Of a DNA stretch of 53,138 bases, positions 25,045 to 32,741 are shown piece after piece. The DNA comes from a virus. Its lineage: Duplodnaviria; Caudoviricetes. The stretch's first letter is position 1. Every line of letters begins with the position of its first letter. Made by a program: the position numbers and the translations under genes. The notes below the pieces were generated by a model, which did no database searches, was not told where the DNA came from, and was given only the letters and a program-made list of their open reading frames with translations. The stretch lies in IMG/VR virus record IMGVR_UViG_3300036792_000197, positions 1 to 53,138 of that record; one strand, given 5' to 3'.

Positions 25045-28000
25045 GTGGGCGTAATCCGCACCGAGGCCGGCGGCTCGCTGCTGACCGAGGCCGGCGGCGA
25101 CCTGCTCACCGAGGCGACGGGCGGCAGCGCGACCGGCTCGGGCGGCGTGGCGGCCAAGAAGGCCACGCTGGCCGGCAGTGCCACCGGCGGCGGCAGCAGC
25201 GGGTCCGGCGGCCTCGCCGTCAAGAAGGCGGTTCCCGGCGGCAGCGGCACAGCGGCCAGCCTCCCGGGCGCGACCCACTTCCCGTACCACAAGCTCGGCC
25301 TCAAGGTCGAGCTGCTGCTTAACACGACGTGGACCGACGTCACCGCCTACCTCAGGGCCGCCGACCCGGTCACGATCTCGCCGTTCGGCCGGACCAACGA
25401 GTCGTCGAGCATGCAGGCCGCGCAGCTGGCCCTCACGCTCGACAACCGCAGCGGCCGGTTCACCCCGGGCAACGCCAGTGGCGCGTACTACCCGTACGTG
25501 CAGCTGAACACCCGCATCCGCGTCTCGGTCAATGACACCTCCGTCAACAACACGGGCTACAGCGGCTACCGCTTCTGGGGCGAGGTATCCTCCTGGCCCG
25601 CTACCTGGGACGAAAGCGGCCGGGACGTCTACGCCCAGGTCACCGCCTCAGGCATCTGGCGGCGGCTGAGCCAGTCGACGAAGACGCTCGGCTCGCCGTA
25701 CACCCGCTACAACAACATCTCGGTGCGGAACGCCTGGACGCTGGCGTCGTACTGGCCGATGGAAGACGGCCAGAACTCAAAGACCCTGGCTAACCTGGTG
25801 GCCGGGCAGGCGGCGATGACCGTCGTCACCACCCAGCAGCCCAACCTGGCGTCCTGCACCGCCTTCCCCGGCAGCGACGCCATCCCGGTGCTGAACGCCG
25901 CGGAACTGTCCGGGGTCATCTCCACCAGCGCGCACCCGACCAACGTGCTGTGGCGGTTCACCTTGTTCGTGCCGTCAGGCGGCGACACCGGGGTCGCGGC
26001 CGGCCCGGTCGCCCGGATGCACACCTCCGGCACCGTGGCCTCGGTGGACGTCAAGCTCGGCCCGGCGGGCGGCGGCCCGATCACGATCACCGGTGCCAGC
26101 TCGGGCGGCACCACGCTGTTCACCGGGTCCAGCTCGCTGTCCACCTACGGGATCCCGCTGGAGGTCCAGGTCAGCCTCGCCCAGGTGGGCAGCAGCATCA
26201 CCTGGGGCCTGCGCACCATGCTGCCCGGCGGGACAGTCGCCAACAGCACGGTAACCGGCAGCATCAGCGGCACCGTATCGGATTCCACGTCGGTCATCTT
26301 CAGCCCCGGGGCGACGTGGAAGGGCACCGCGGCCGGGCAGAGCGTCGTGATCTACGGCAACCCGAACGTCGTCGACTCGGCGCAGGCGCTGGCCGGGTGG
26401 AGCGGCGAGTACGCCGGGGCGCGGTTCCAGCGGGTATGCGCCGAGCAGGGCATCGCCGCCACGCTGGTCGGCTCGTCGACCTCCGGCACGATGATGGGGC
26501 CGCAGGTCGACGACACGCTGGCGAACGTGCTGGGCATGATCGAGGCGACCGACGGCGGCATCCTGTTCGAGACGCGCACCCAGTTCGGCCTCGGCTACCG
26601 GACCCGGGCGTCACTGACCGACCAGTCATCGGCGCTCACGCTGAACTACGCCGCGCAGCAGCTGTTCACGTCGCTGCAGCCGGTCAACGACGACGCCCTT
26701 GTCCGCAACGACGTCACCCTCACCAACTACGACGGCTACGCGGTGCGCGTCTACCTGGCGGCCGGGGCGCGCAGCATTCAGGACTCCCCGAACGGGGTGG
26801 GCAGCGGCTACGAGGGCACACGCCAGGTGTCGGCCACCAGCCACGCGCAGGTCGACGCGCTGGGCGAGCAGCTGCTCGGCCTCGGCACCGTCGCCGACAA
26901 CCGCTACCCGACGGTCACCGTCAACCTGGCGCGCACGACGACAGCCAGCCTGTTCAGCGTGGTCCCGTCGGCGGGCGCCGGCGACTACCTGACGATCACG
27001 AACCTGCCGGCCTACGGCGGGGCGGCCACGCAGAAGCAGCTCATCTGGGGCTGGACTGAGACGATCACCCTGGAGGCACCCGGGTGGACGTTCACGTTCA
27101 ACACGATCCCTGAGGCGCCGTGGGAGTCCGGGTTCGTTCCCGGGACGACGATGACCGGGCAGGTTCCCGGGTCGCCGACGACGGCCGCGACGGCGAGCTC
27201 TGTCAGCGGCGGGCAGATCGCCGAGAGCGCGATCAGCCTGTTCAACCTGGCGCAGGAAGTGCTGACCTTCAACTTCGGCGGCATCACCAGCACGATCAGC
27301 AGCGCCGCGCCGCCGACTCCTACTGACGGCGCCCTGTGGTTCGACGTCAGCAACGGCTACCAGATCAAGCGCTGGGACGCTGTCAGCACCTCCTGGGTGC
27401 CGGTTGTCTTCGACGGCGCGAACATCCTCGGCGCCGGCACGATCACCGCCGGGCTGATCGCCGCGAACGCGGTCGTCGCCGCGAACATCGCCGCCGGGGC
27501 GGTCACCGCCACCCAGCTCGCCGCCGGGATCGTCAAGGCCGGCATCGTCGACGGCACCCTGATCAGCGGCGCCCAGTTCGTCGCCTACGGGACTACGGGC
27601 GAGATCCTGGTTTACTCGGGCGTCCCCGCATCAGGCAACCTCCTGATGTCAGTGTCGGCCGCCGCGGGCACCGACGCTCACGGCAACGGCTACCTCGGCC
27701 CGGGCGTGTACGTCTACAACTCCAGCGGCGGGTCGATCGGGCTGACTCCCGCGGCTAACACCGCGCTGCAGCTGACGCCCGGTGTCACCCCGGCGGTGGT
27801 GGCGGGCACGGCGCAGGTGTTCGCCAGCACCCCGGGCCACGTCATCGTGCAGGACGGCGGCGACGGCCAGACCTACCAGACGCAGCGGCGCACGCTCTTC
27901 AACCCCACCGCGTCAGGCACGCTGACGACGCTGTCCACGATTTTCACCTCGAGGCTGGGCGCCGGCACCTACCGGGTTCACGCGCAGCTGTACATCAATG

Positions 28001-28293
28001 CGCTGAGCGCGGGATGGGACTTCCAGGCCGAGATAGCCGGGTCCGGCACCCTGACCGGGCAGCTCGGGTACACGGTTCTCCATGGCGGAGGCACTAACGC
28101 AGTCACCCAGAACGGCGGCCCCAACGGCGGGATCGCCGCGGGGGTCAGCCTCGGAGCGGGGAGCTGGGTCGTCATGCTCGACGGGCTGTTCACCCAGACG
28201 GTGGTCAACGGCATGGACCTCCGGGTCGGGTCGACGACCTCTACCGGGTTCATCGTCAACCCGTACAGCTTCTTCGAGGTAATGCCGGTGTGA
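25045..28293 (+). CDS. Large minor tail protein (distal tail/hub with LamG-like and fibre regions)
   Basis: WTDVT.Y..., GRTNE, LTLDN.SGRFTP.N..G.YYP, YWPMEDG, IEATDGG.L.E, ITAGLIAANAV repeats. Confidence 0.85.
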   Translation: MGVIRTEAGGSLLTEAGGDLLTEATGGSATGSGGVAAKKATLAGSATGGGSSGSGGLAVKKAVPGGSGTAASLPGATHFPYHKLGLKVELLLNTTWTDVTAYLRAADPVTISPFGRTNESSSMQAAQLALTLDNRSGRFTPGNASGAYYPYVQLNTRIRVSVNDTSVNNTGYSGYRFWGEVSSWPATWDESGRDVYAQVTASGIWRRLSQSTKTLGSPYTRYNNISVRNAWTLASYWPMEDGQNSKTLANLVAGQAAMTVVTTQQPNLASCTAFPGSDAIPVLNAAELSGVISTSAHPTNVLWRFTLFVPSGGDTGVAAGPVARMHTSGTVASVDVKLGPAGGGPITITGASSGGTTLFTGSSSLSTYGIPLEVQVSLAQVGSSITWGLRTMLPGGTVANSTVTGSISGTVSDSTSVIFSPGATWKGTAAGQSVVIYGNPNVVDSAQALAGWSGEYAGARFQRVCAEQGIAATLVGSSTSGTMMGPQVDDTLANVLGMIEATDGGILFETRTQFGLGYRTRASLTDQSSALTLNYAAQQLFTSLQPVNDDALVRNDVTLTNYDGYAVRVYLAAGARSIQDSPNGVGSGYEGTRQVSATSHAQVDALGEQLLGLGTVADNRYPTVTVNLARTTTASLFSVVPSAGAGDYLTITNLPAYGGAATQKQLIWGWTETITLEAPGWTFTFNTIPEAPWESGFVPGTTMTGQVPGSPTTAATASSVSGGQIAESAISLFNLAQEVLTFNFGGITSTISSAAPPTPTDGALWFDVSNGYQIKRWDAVSTSWVPVVFDGANILGAGTITAGLIAANAVVAANIAAGAVTATQLAAGIVKAGIVDGTLISGAQFVAYGTTGEILVYSGVPASGNLLMSVSAAAGTDAHGNGYLGPGVYVYNSSGGSIGLTPAANTALQLTPGVTPAVVAGTAQVFASTPGHVIVQDGGDGQTYQTQRRTLFNPTASGTLTTLSTIFTSRLGAGTYRVHAQLYINALSAGWDFQAEIAGSGTLTGQLGYTVLHGGGTNAVTQNGGPNGGIAAGVSLGAGSWVVMLDGLFTQTVVNGMDLRVGSTTSTGFIVNPYSFFEVMPV

Positions 28294-28312
28294 CAAAGGA
28301 AGGACGAAACGC

Positions 28313-28693
28313 GTGAGCAACAGCTTCTTCCCGGCACCGCCCGCCAACTGGGAGCTGGCGGCCGTCAGCTACTCGACGGTGCTGCCCACCCCGGTCATGC
28401 AGGCCGGCGCCGCGCTGGACTTCGGCGCGGGCGTCCACGGCCAGCTGACCTACAGCGTCCCGGTGCTGGGGGCGGTGTTCGCGTTCGACACGCCGGGCAG
28501 CTTCGGGGCCTACGACCAGGGCGCCGTCGAGGGCGCCCTGGCGCAGGCGGTTACCGCGGTGTGCCAGGTGCTGGCGTCCATGTCGGGCACGGCGCTGGCC
28601 GACTTGCAGGCGCAGGTCACGGTCACCCGCGCGTGGACCTGGGCGTCCGGCACCAGCAGCGTCGTCACGCAAGACGAGATGGCGTACCCGTGA
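28313..28693 (+). CDS. Hypothetical (tail-associated) protein
   Basis: GAAAGGA RBS; position. Confidence 0.6.
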   Translation: MSNSFFPAPPANWELAAVSYSTVLPTPVMQAGAALDFGAGVHGQLTYSVPVLGAVFAFDTPGSFGAYDQGAVEGALAQAVTAVCQVLASMSGTALADLQAQVTVTRAWTWASGTSSVVTQDEMAYP

Positions 28694-28712
28694 GCTCAGC
28701 CAGGAGGCAAGC

Positions 28713-29690
28713 ATGACGACACTAGGGCGCCCCGTCCCGTTCCGCGCGGGCCGCGACGCGGCCGCACCTCAGGTGCTGCCGCACTTCACTGCGATGACCA
28801 GCCCGTTCGTGCTGCTCGCCGACATCAGCGAGTACGAGCCGAGTATCGCCGACGCCGTCTACCTCAACTGGTCGAAGGCGGTGGTCATCCGCGCCGCGTA
28901 CGGCGACCAGCACGACGACAAGGCGTGGTACGGCGGCCAGCGCCGCACGCTGCTGCACTCGGGCGGCGCTCGGTTCGTGGGTTTGTACCAGTACCTCGTC
29001 GCCGGGCAGGACGGCGGCGCTCAGGCCAATGCGCTGCACGGCCTCGTCGGCGCGCTCCGGCCCGGCGAGGTGCTGATCGCCGACTTCGAGGAAGGCCAGC
29101 ACGCGATGCTGAGCGCCTGGTACAACCGGATGCTCACCCTCGGCTACCCGCGCCAGTACCTGTGGACCTACTCGGGCCTGAACTTCGGGCAGGCTAACGG
29201 CGCGCTGCCGGTGGAGTGGCTCGCCGCCTACGGCCAGGTTGAGCCTAGCTCGCCCCACAAGCTGTGGCAGTTCACCTCGTCGTACAGCGTGCCCGGCGTC
29301 GGCCTCGCCGACTGCTCGATCTTCCACGGCTCGGTTGACCAGCTGGCCGCGCTCGCCTACCAAGGGGCGCAGCCGGCGCCCGCGCCGGTCACGTTCGGGC
29401 CACCGCGCAACCTCACTGTCCGCGCAGGGGGCGGCTCCGTCCTCGTCGAGCGGTGCGACCCGCCGGCGGCCGGCCCGGCCGACCACTACGAGATCTGGGT
29501 GTTCACCGGCTCGTTCCCGTCGGCGGAGACGATCGTCGCGTCCTACCCGCGGTTCATGCACGCCGCCCCGCAGCAGTTCGGCAGCTTGCAGACCGTCCCG
29601 TCCGGCACCCACATGACGCTCCGCGCGGTCGCGGTCGCGGCCGACGGAACCCGCAGCCAGTACGCCGACGCCCGCTTCGAGATGCCCTAG
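28713..29690 (+). CDS. Endolysin: GH25 muramidase + FN3-like C-terminal domain
   Basis: DISEYE, GLYQY, ADFEE (DxE), W.AAYG, LWQFTS; PPRNLTV...DHYEIW...RAVAV. Confidence 0.88.
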   Translation: MTTLGRPVPFRAGRDAAAPQVLPHFTAMTSPFVLLADISEYEPSIADAVYLNWSKAVVIRAAYGDQHDDKAWYGGQRRTLLHSGGARFVGLYQYLVAGQDGGAQANALHGLVGALRPGEVLIADFEEGQHAMLSAWYNRMLTLGYPRQYLWTYSGLNFGQANGALPVEWLAAYGQVEPSSPHKLWQFTSSYSVPGVGLADCSIFHGSVDQLAALAYQGAQPAPAPVTFGPPRNLTVRAGGGSVLVERCDPPAAGPADHYEIWVFTGSFPSAETIVASYPRFMHAAPQQFGSLQTVPSGTHMTLRAVAVAADGTRSQYADARFEMP

Positions 29691-29698
29691 TGAGCCCG

Positions 29699-29884
29699 AT
29701 GACTGCCCTCCGGTACGCCGCCACCGCCGTGCTGGCCGGCCTGACGGCCGCCTACGAGTACTACCCGCACCAGCCGTGGATCCCGATCGCGATCGCCGTG
29801 CTCGGCACCCTCGGCATCCACGTGGTGCCCTCGGCGATCACGCCGAAGCCCCCGGCCGCGCCGCCCGGGGCGCCGCATGCCTGA
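29699..29884 (+). CDS. Holin-like small membrane protein
   Basis: Two short TM segments ending LGIHVVP; directly after the endolysin. Confidence 0.7.
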   Translation: MTALRYAATAVLAGLTAAYEYYPHQPWIPIAIAVLGTLGIHVVPSAITPKPPAAPPGAPHA

Positions 29885-30158
29885 CCGTGATCCGCAAGCG
29901 ACATTACCGGGGGAAAGATTGTCGGCCGCTGACCTGCTGTCCCTGTTCGGCGGGTCCGCCGGGGGGACCGCACTTGCCTTCTGCATCCTGTTCCTCACCG
30001 GCATGATCGTCCCGAAGGGCACCTACGACGAGATGCGGCAGCAGCGCGACGAGTACAAGCGGATCGCCGAGCTGGAACGGGCCCGCGGCGACGCGGGGGT
30101 CGCGGCCGGGCAGATCGTCAAGGACGTCATGATCAGCCTCCGTAAGGAGCTGGAGTGA
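29877..30158 (+). CDS. Lysis-cassette membrane protein (TM + coiled coil)
   Basis: LFLTGMIVPKGTYDEMRQQRDEYK; true start may be TTG 29919. Confidence 0.7.
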   Translation: MPDRDPQATLPGERLSAADLLSLFGGSAGGTALAFCILFLTGMIVPKGTYDEMRQQRDEYKRIAELERARGDAGVAAGQIVKDVMISLRKELE

Positions 30159-30365
30159 ATGAGGTTCCCAGGCAGGAGGCGCCGGAAAGTGAGGGGCGAA
30201 CTGGAACGCGTGCGCAGTGAGCGGCGGCAGTCGGAAGAGCAGCTGCGGCACGACGAGGAGCACGTCATCATCCCGCTGCGCCGGCTCCGCGAGCGGAACC
30301 ACATCGGCCCGCTGATCGACGAGCTGATCCGCCGCAAGGTGGAACGAGAGGGCGGGGGAAGTTGA
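30159..30365 (+). CDS. Small basic lysis-cassette protein
   Basis: GGAG RBS; LRRLRERNHIG motif. Confidence 0.65.
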   Translation: MRFPGRRRRKVRGELERVRSERRQSEEQLRHDEEHVIIPLRRLRERNHIGPLIDELIRRKVEREGGGS

Positions 30366-30685
30366 CGCAACTGCAGCTGCTGACCGACTGGGCTAATGAC
30401 GCCGCGCCGGTCGCGTTCTGGGTGTGCGCCCTGTGGCCCGCCCTTACCTGCTGGTTCTGGCCGTGGTGGCAGCACCAGTGGGGGTGGAACATGGTCATCA
30501 AGACCGAGCTGATCGCGGTGGCGCTGCTGGCTTCCGTGCTGCGCCGGGAGTTCGGCGTGCACAACATGTACGTGCTGGGGTGGACGATCGTGTCGTCACT
30601 GACGCTCATCCCGATCGTCATCGCCTGGCGGACGGTGCTGATCTGGCGGGCCCAGCGGGACGGGGCGCTGCATGACCGGCAGTAA
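30362..30685 (+). CDS. Three-TM membrane protein (second holin-like)
   Basis: PWWQHQWGWNM, three hydrophobic segments, W.AQR end. Confidence 0.7.
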   Translation: MTQLQLLTDWANDAAPVAFWVCALWPALTCWFWPWWQHQWGWNMVIKTELIAVALLASVLRREFGVHNMYVLGWTIVSSLTLIPIVIAWRTVLIWRAQRDGALHDRQ

Positions 30686-30886
30686 GTCCGTGAACCGGGT
30701 TATCCGCTGGCTGCTGGCGCGGCACGACGCCCGCGCCTTGCGCCGGAACCGCAAGTGGGCGGCGAGGGGAAGGCCGTGAGCCTGGCACGGCGGGCAGTCC
30801 GCGCCTACCGTGAGCTGTGGCGGGACATCCTGCACCTGTGCGCCACAGGCGAGCTGCGGCCCGGAAGATAGCCCGTGCAGCACGAA

Positions 30887-30917
30887 GCCCCCGGAGGTTT
30901 TCTCCGGGGGCGTTTTT
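30887..30917 (+). terminator. Rho-independent terminator ending the late operon
   Basis: GCCCCCGGAG-GTTTT-CTCCGGGGGC followed by GTTTTT. Confidence 0.85.
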
Positions 30918-30959
30918 GGCGTCTGGGGAGCTGCGGCGGACGGGCACGTGGAGCTAGGG

Positions 30960-31178
30960 CTATCGCTCCTGCCCCTCGGGGTTCCGGTGGTAGATCTGCT
31001 CCGGCCCGATCGGCTCCCCGTGGTCGGTGCAGCCCCCCACGAACATCCCCTTGCCCCCGCGCGACCGGAACCCCTCGTCGGTCATGTCGAGGTTCCACGC
31101 CACCGACCCGCCCCGCAGTATCCGCCAGCACGCCCGCAGGGCGAGGAACCGGGTGTGCTCGTTGTAACGTCGCCGCAT
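30960..31178 (-). CDS. Small hypothetical protein (paralogue of 31244-31483)
   Basis: GGAAGGA RBS inside the 42-bp repeat; ACWRILRGGSVAW. Confidence 0.6.
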   Translation of the reverse strand: MRRRYNEHTRFLALRACWRILRGGSVAWNLDMTDEGFRSRGGKGMFVGGCTDHGEPIGPEQIYHRNPEGQER

Positions 31179-31217
31179 GTCCTGATCCTTCCAGCACTTT
31201 GGCCAGCGCGTCGACCT
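31176..31217. repeat. 42-bp direct repeat, copy A
   Basis: 40/42 identical to 31481-31522. Confidence 0.9.
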
Positions 31218-31243
31218 CCGCTGCTGCGGACGGGCACGCGGGA

Positions 31244-31483
31244 CTAGAGGGTGAGGCCTACGCCGGCAGTGGGGCCCGGTTCGGTCGGCCCGATGAACGC
31301 GCTCTCCTTGGCGATCCCATGCGCGCCCTCGAAGTAGAGCAGGCACGGGCTGCCGTCCGGCATGCTTCCGAGTCGCGCCCGGTATACCAGCGGGCGCCCG
31401 CGCAGCACGTGCCACGCCAGGCCAGCCCGTGTCAGCGACAGCCGAGTTGGCAGGTCCCGGATCTTGCGTCGCAGCTCATCCAT
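31244..31483 (-). CDS. Small hypothetical protein
   Basis: Same RBS/ATG repeat; LAWHVLRGRPLVY. Confidence 0.6.
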   Translation of the reverse strand: MDELRRKIRDLPTRLSLTRAGLAWHVLRGRPLVYRARLGSMPDGSPCLLYFEGAHGIAKESAFIGPTEPGPTAGVGLTL

Positions 31484-31522
31484 GCCCTGATCCTTCCAGC
31501 ACCTTGGCCAGCGCGTCGACCT
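31481..31522. repeat. 42-bp direct repeat, copy B
   Basis: CATGCCCTGATCCTTCCAGCACCTTGGCCAGCGCGTCGACCT. Confidence 0.9.
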
Positions 31523-31651
31523 GCTCGCACGCGCCCTCGTCCCCGGCCGCGACCCGCTCACCCAGCCACAGCACGGCCGTCGTCACCCGCAGCAGCGCAG
31601 GCAGGCATGACGGGTCCAACAGATCCTCCGGGGGCAGCGGCGAGAGCGCGG

Positions 31652-31867
31652 CTACAGCGTATCGCCCGGCCTCCTGCCGGTATGCACCCAGTCGAACCGC
31701 CCCGGCTGCGGCTTCTCGCGCCGCACCACTTCCCCGCAGATCACGCATATCGCCGTCACCGGGTAATGCCACGGCAGCCGCAGGTTCGCGCGCAGCCCCG
31801 TGTTCCGCCCGATCAGCGAGTACGCCGAGCCGGGCTTGATCAGCAGCTCATGAGGGTCAACCGGCAC
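31652..31867 (-). CDS. Small Zn-ribbon-like protein
   Basis: YPVTAICVICGEVVR...W.H. Confidence 0.6.
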   Translation of the reverse strand: MPVDPHELLIKPGSAYSLIGRNTGLRANLRLPWHYPVTAICVICGEVVRREKPQPGRFDWVHTGRRPGDTL

Positions 31868-32069
31868 CGTCCGCCGCCTCGATCGCGTTCAGCAGCGCTT
31901 CCAGCGTTCGCGCCGTGTGCAGCTCCCGCGACGCCCTGTACTCCAGCCGGTCCGGGTCGAACCGGATCACCCACCCGGCCTGCATCGCCGCGTCGGCCCG
32001 CTGCTGCACGCGCTCCCGCTTCGCGTCGGGCTTCCGTGGCGGCACTTTCTTCGCGAAGTCCGGCCCCAT
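31857..32069 (-). CDS. Small hypothetical protein
   Basis: GGGAG RBS; TGATG coupling. Confidence 0.6.
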   Translation of the reverse strand: MGPDFAKKVPPRKPDAKRERVQQRADAAMQAGWVIRFDPDRLEYRASRELHTARTLEALLNAIEAADGAG

Positions 32070-32559
32070 CACCGCTCCCTCTCTTCCATGCACTCCAGCG
32101 CGCCCGGGTCGAACTCAACCCAGCCCAGCTCCACGGCATCGGCCGTCTCGTCCCAGCCCTTGGCCTGCAGGCACTCCGCCTGAGCCCTCAGCGCCTGCTC
32201 ATTCAGTCCCATCACCGCTCCCCTCGTCCTCGTCGTCGAGCGCCTGCCGCCGCAGCTCCGCGCTTTTCGCGCACGGGTCGGGGAACGCCCGCTCCAGCAG
32301 CCTGCCGGGCGTCTTACTGCCGATCAGTCCCATCAGCCCTGTCCCTTCGTGTGCGCCGGGTGCGGGTCGCACACCAGGCACTTGCCGCACAGCGTGCAGT
32401 GAGCGTGGCCCATGCTCTGGGGGTTGCTGCAGGCCATCGTGATCACCTCGGCCCGTTCGCGCCCTTGTCGTGCTGGTGCGTATTCGCGTCGCTGGCCGGG
32501 ACGGTGCGCATGCACACGTGGCACCAGAAGGCAGCCGGGGCGCTGTCGATGCTGTCCAT
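32069..32559 (-). other. Chain of four tiny, closely packed or overlapping ORFs (32443-32559, 32333-32437, 32199-32333, 32069-32212)
   Basis: Each has an RBS-like element and most overlap the next ORF; two are Cys/His-rich (CHVC..H.H; HCTLCGKCLVCDPH). Confidence 0.5.
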
Positions 32560-32573
32560 TTCTCGTTTCCTCT

Positions 32574-32741
32574 CGGGTTAGTTGGACGATCGGTGGGTTA
32601 GGTTTCCAACCCGCTCCCGTAGCGGGCTAACCGTGGCCCTGACCTGCGTTTTGTTAGCTGAGTTAGGCGTCGGCATGGGGTTAGCCGCAGGCCTTGCGGA
32701 GGGTCCCTGGAGACGGTTCGCGATGGGGGCACGGCTAACTC
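32574..32741. repeat. GTTAG/CTAAC repeat array directly downstream of the traB-like gene (candidate clt)
   Basis: Seven copies in about 170 bp, in both orientations. Confidence 0.65.

Noticed and set aside
31176-31522. Diversity-generating retroelement TR/VR pair
   Set aside because: No reverse transcriptase in the genome; the repeat is only 42 bp and covers an RBS/start rather than a variable C-terminus
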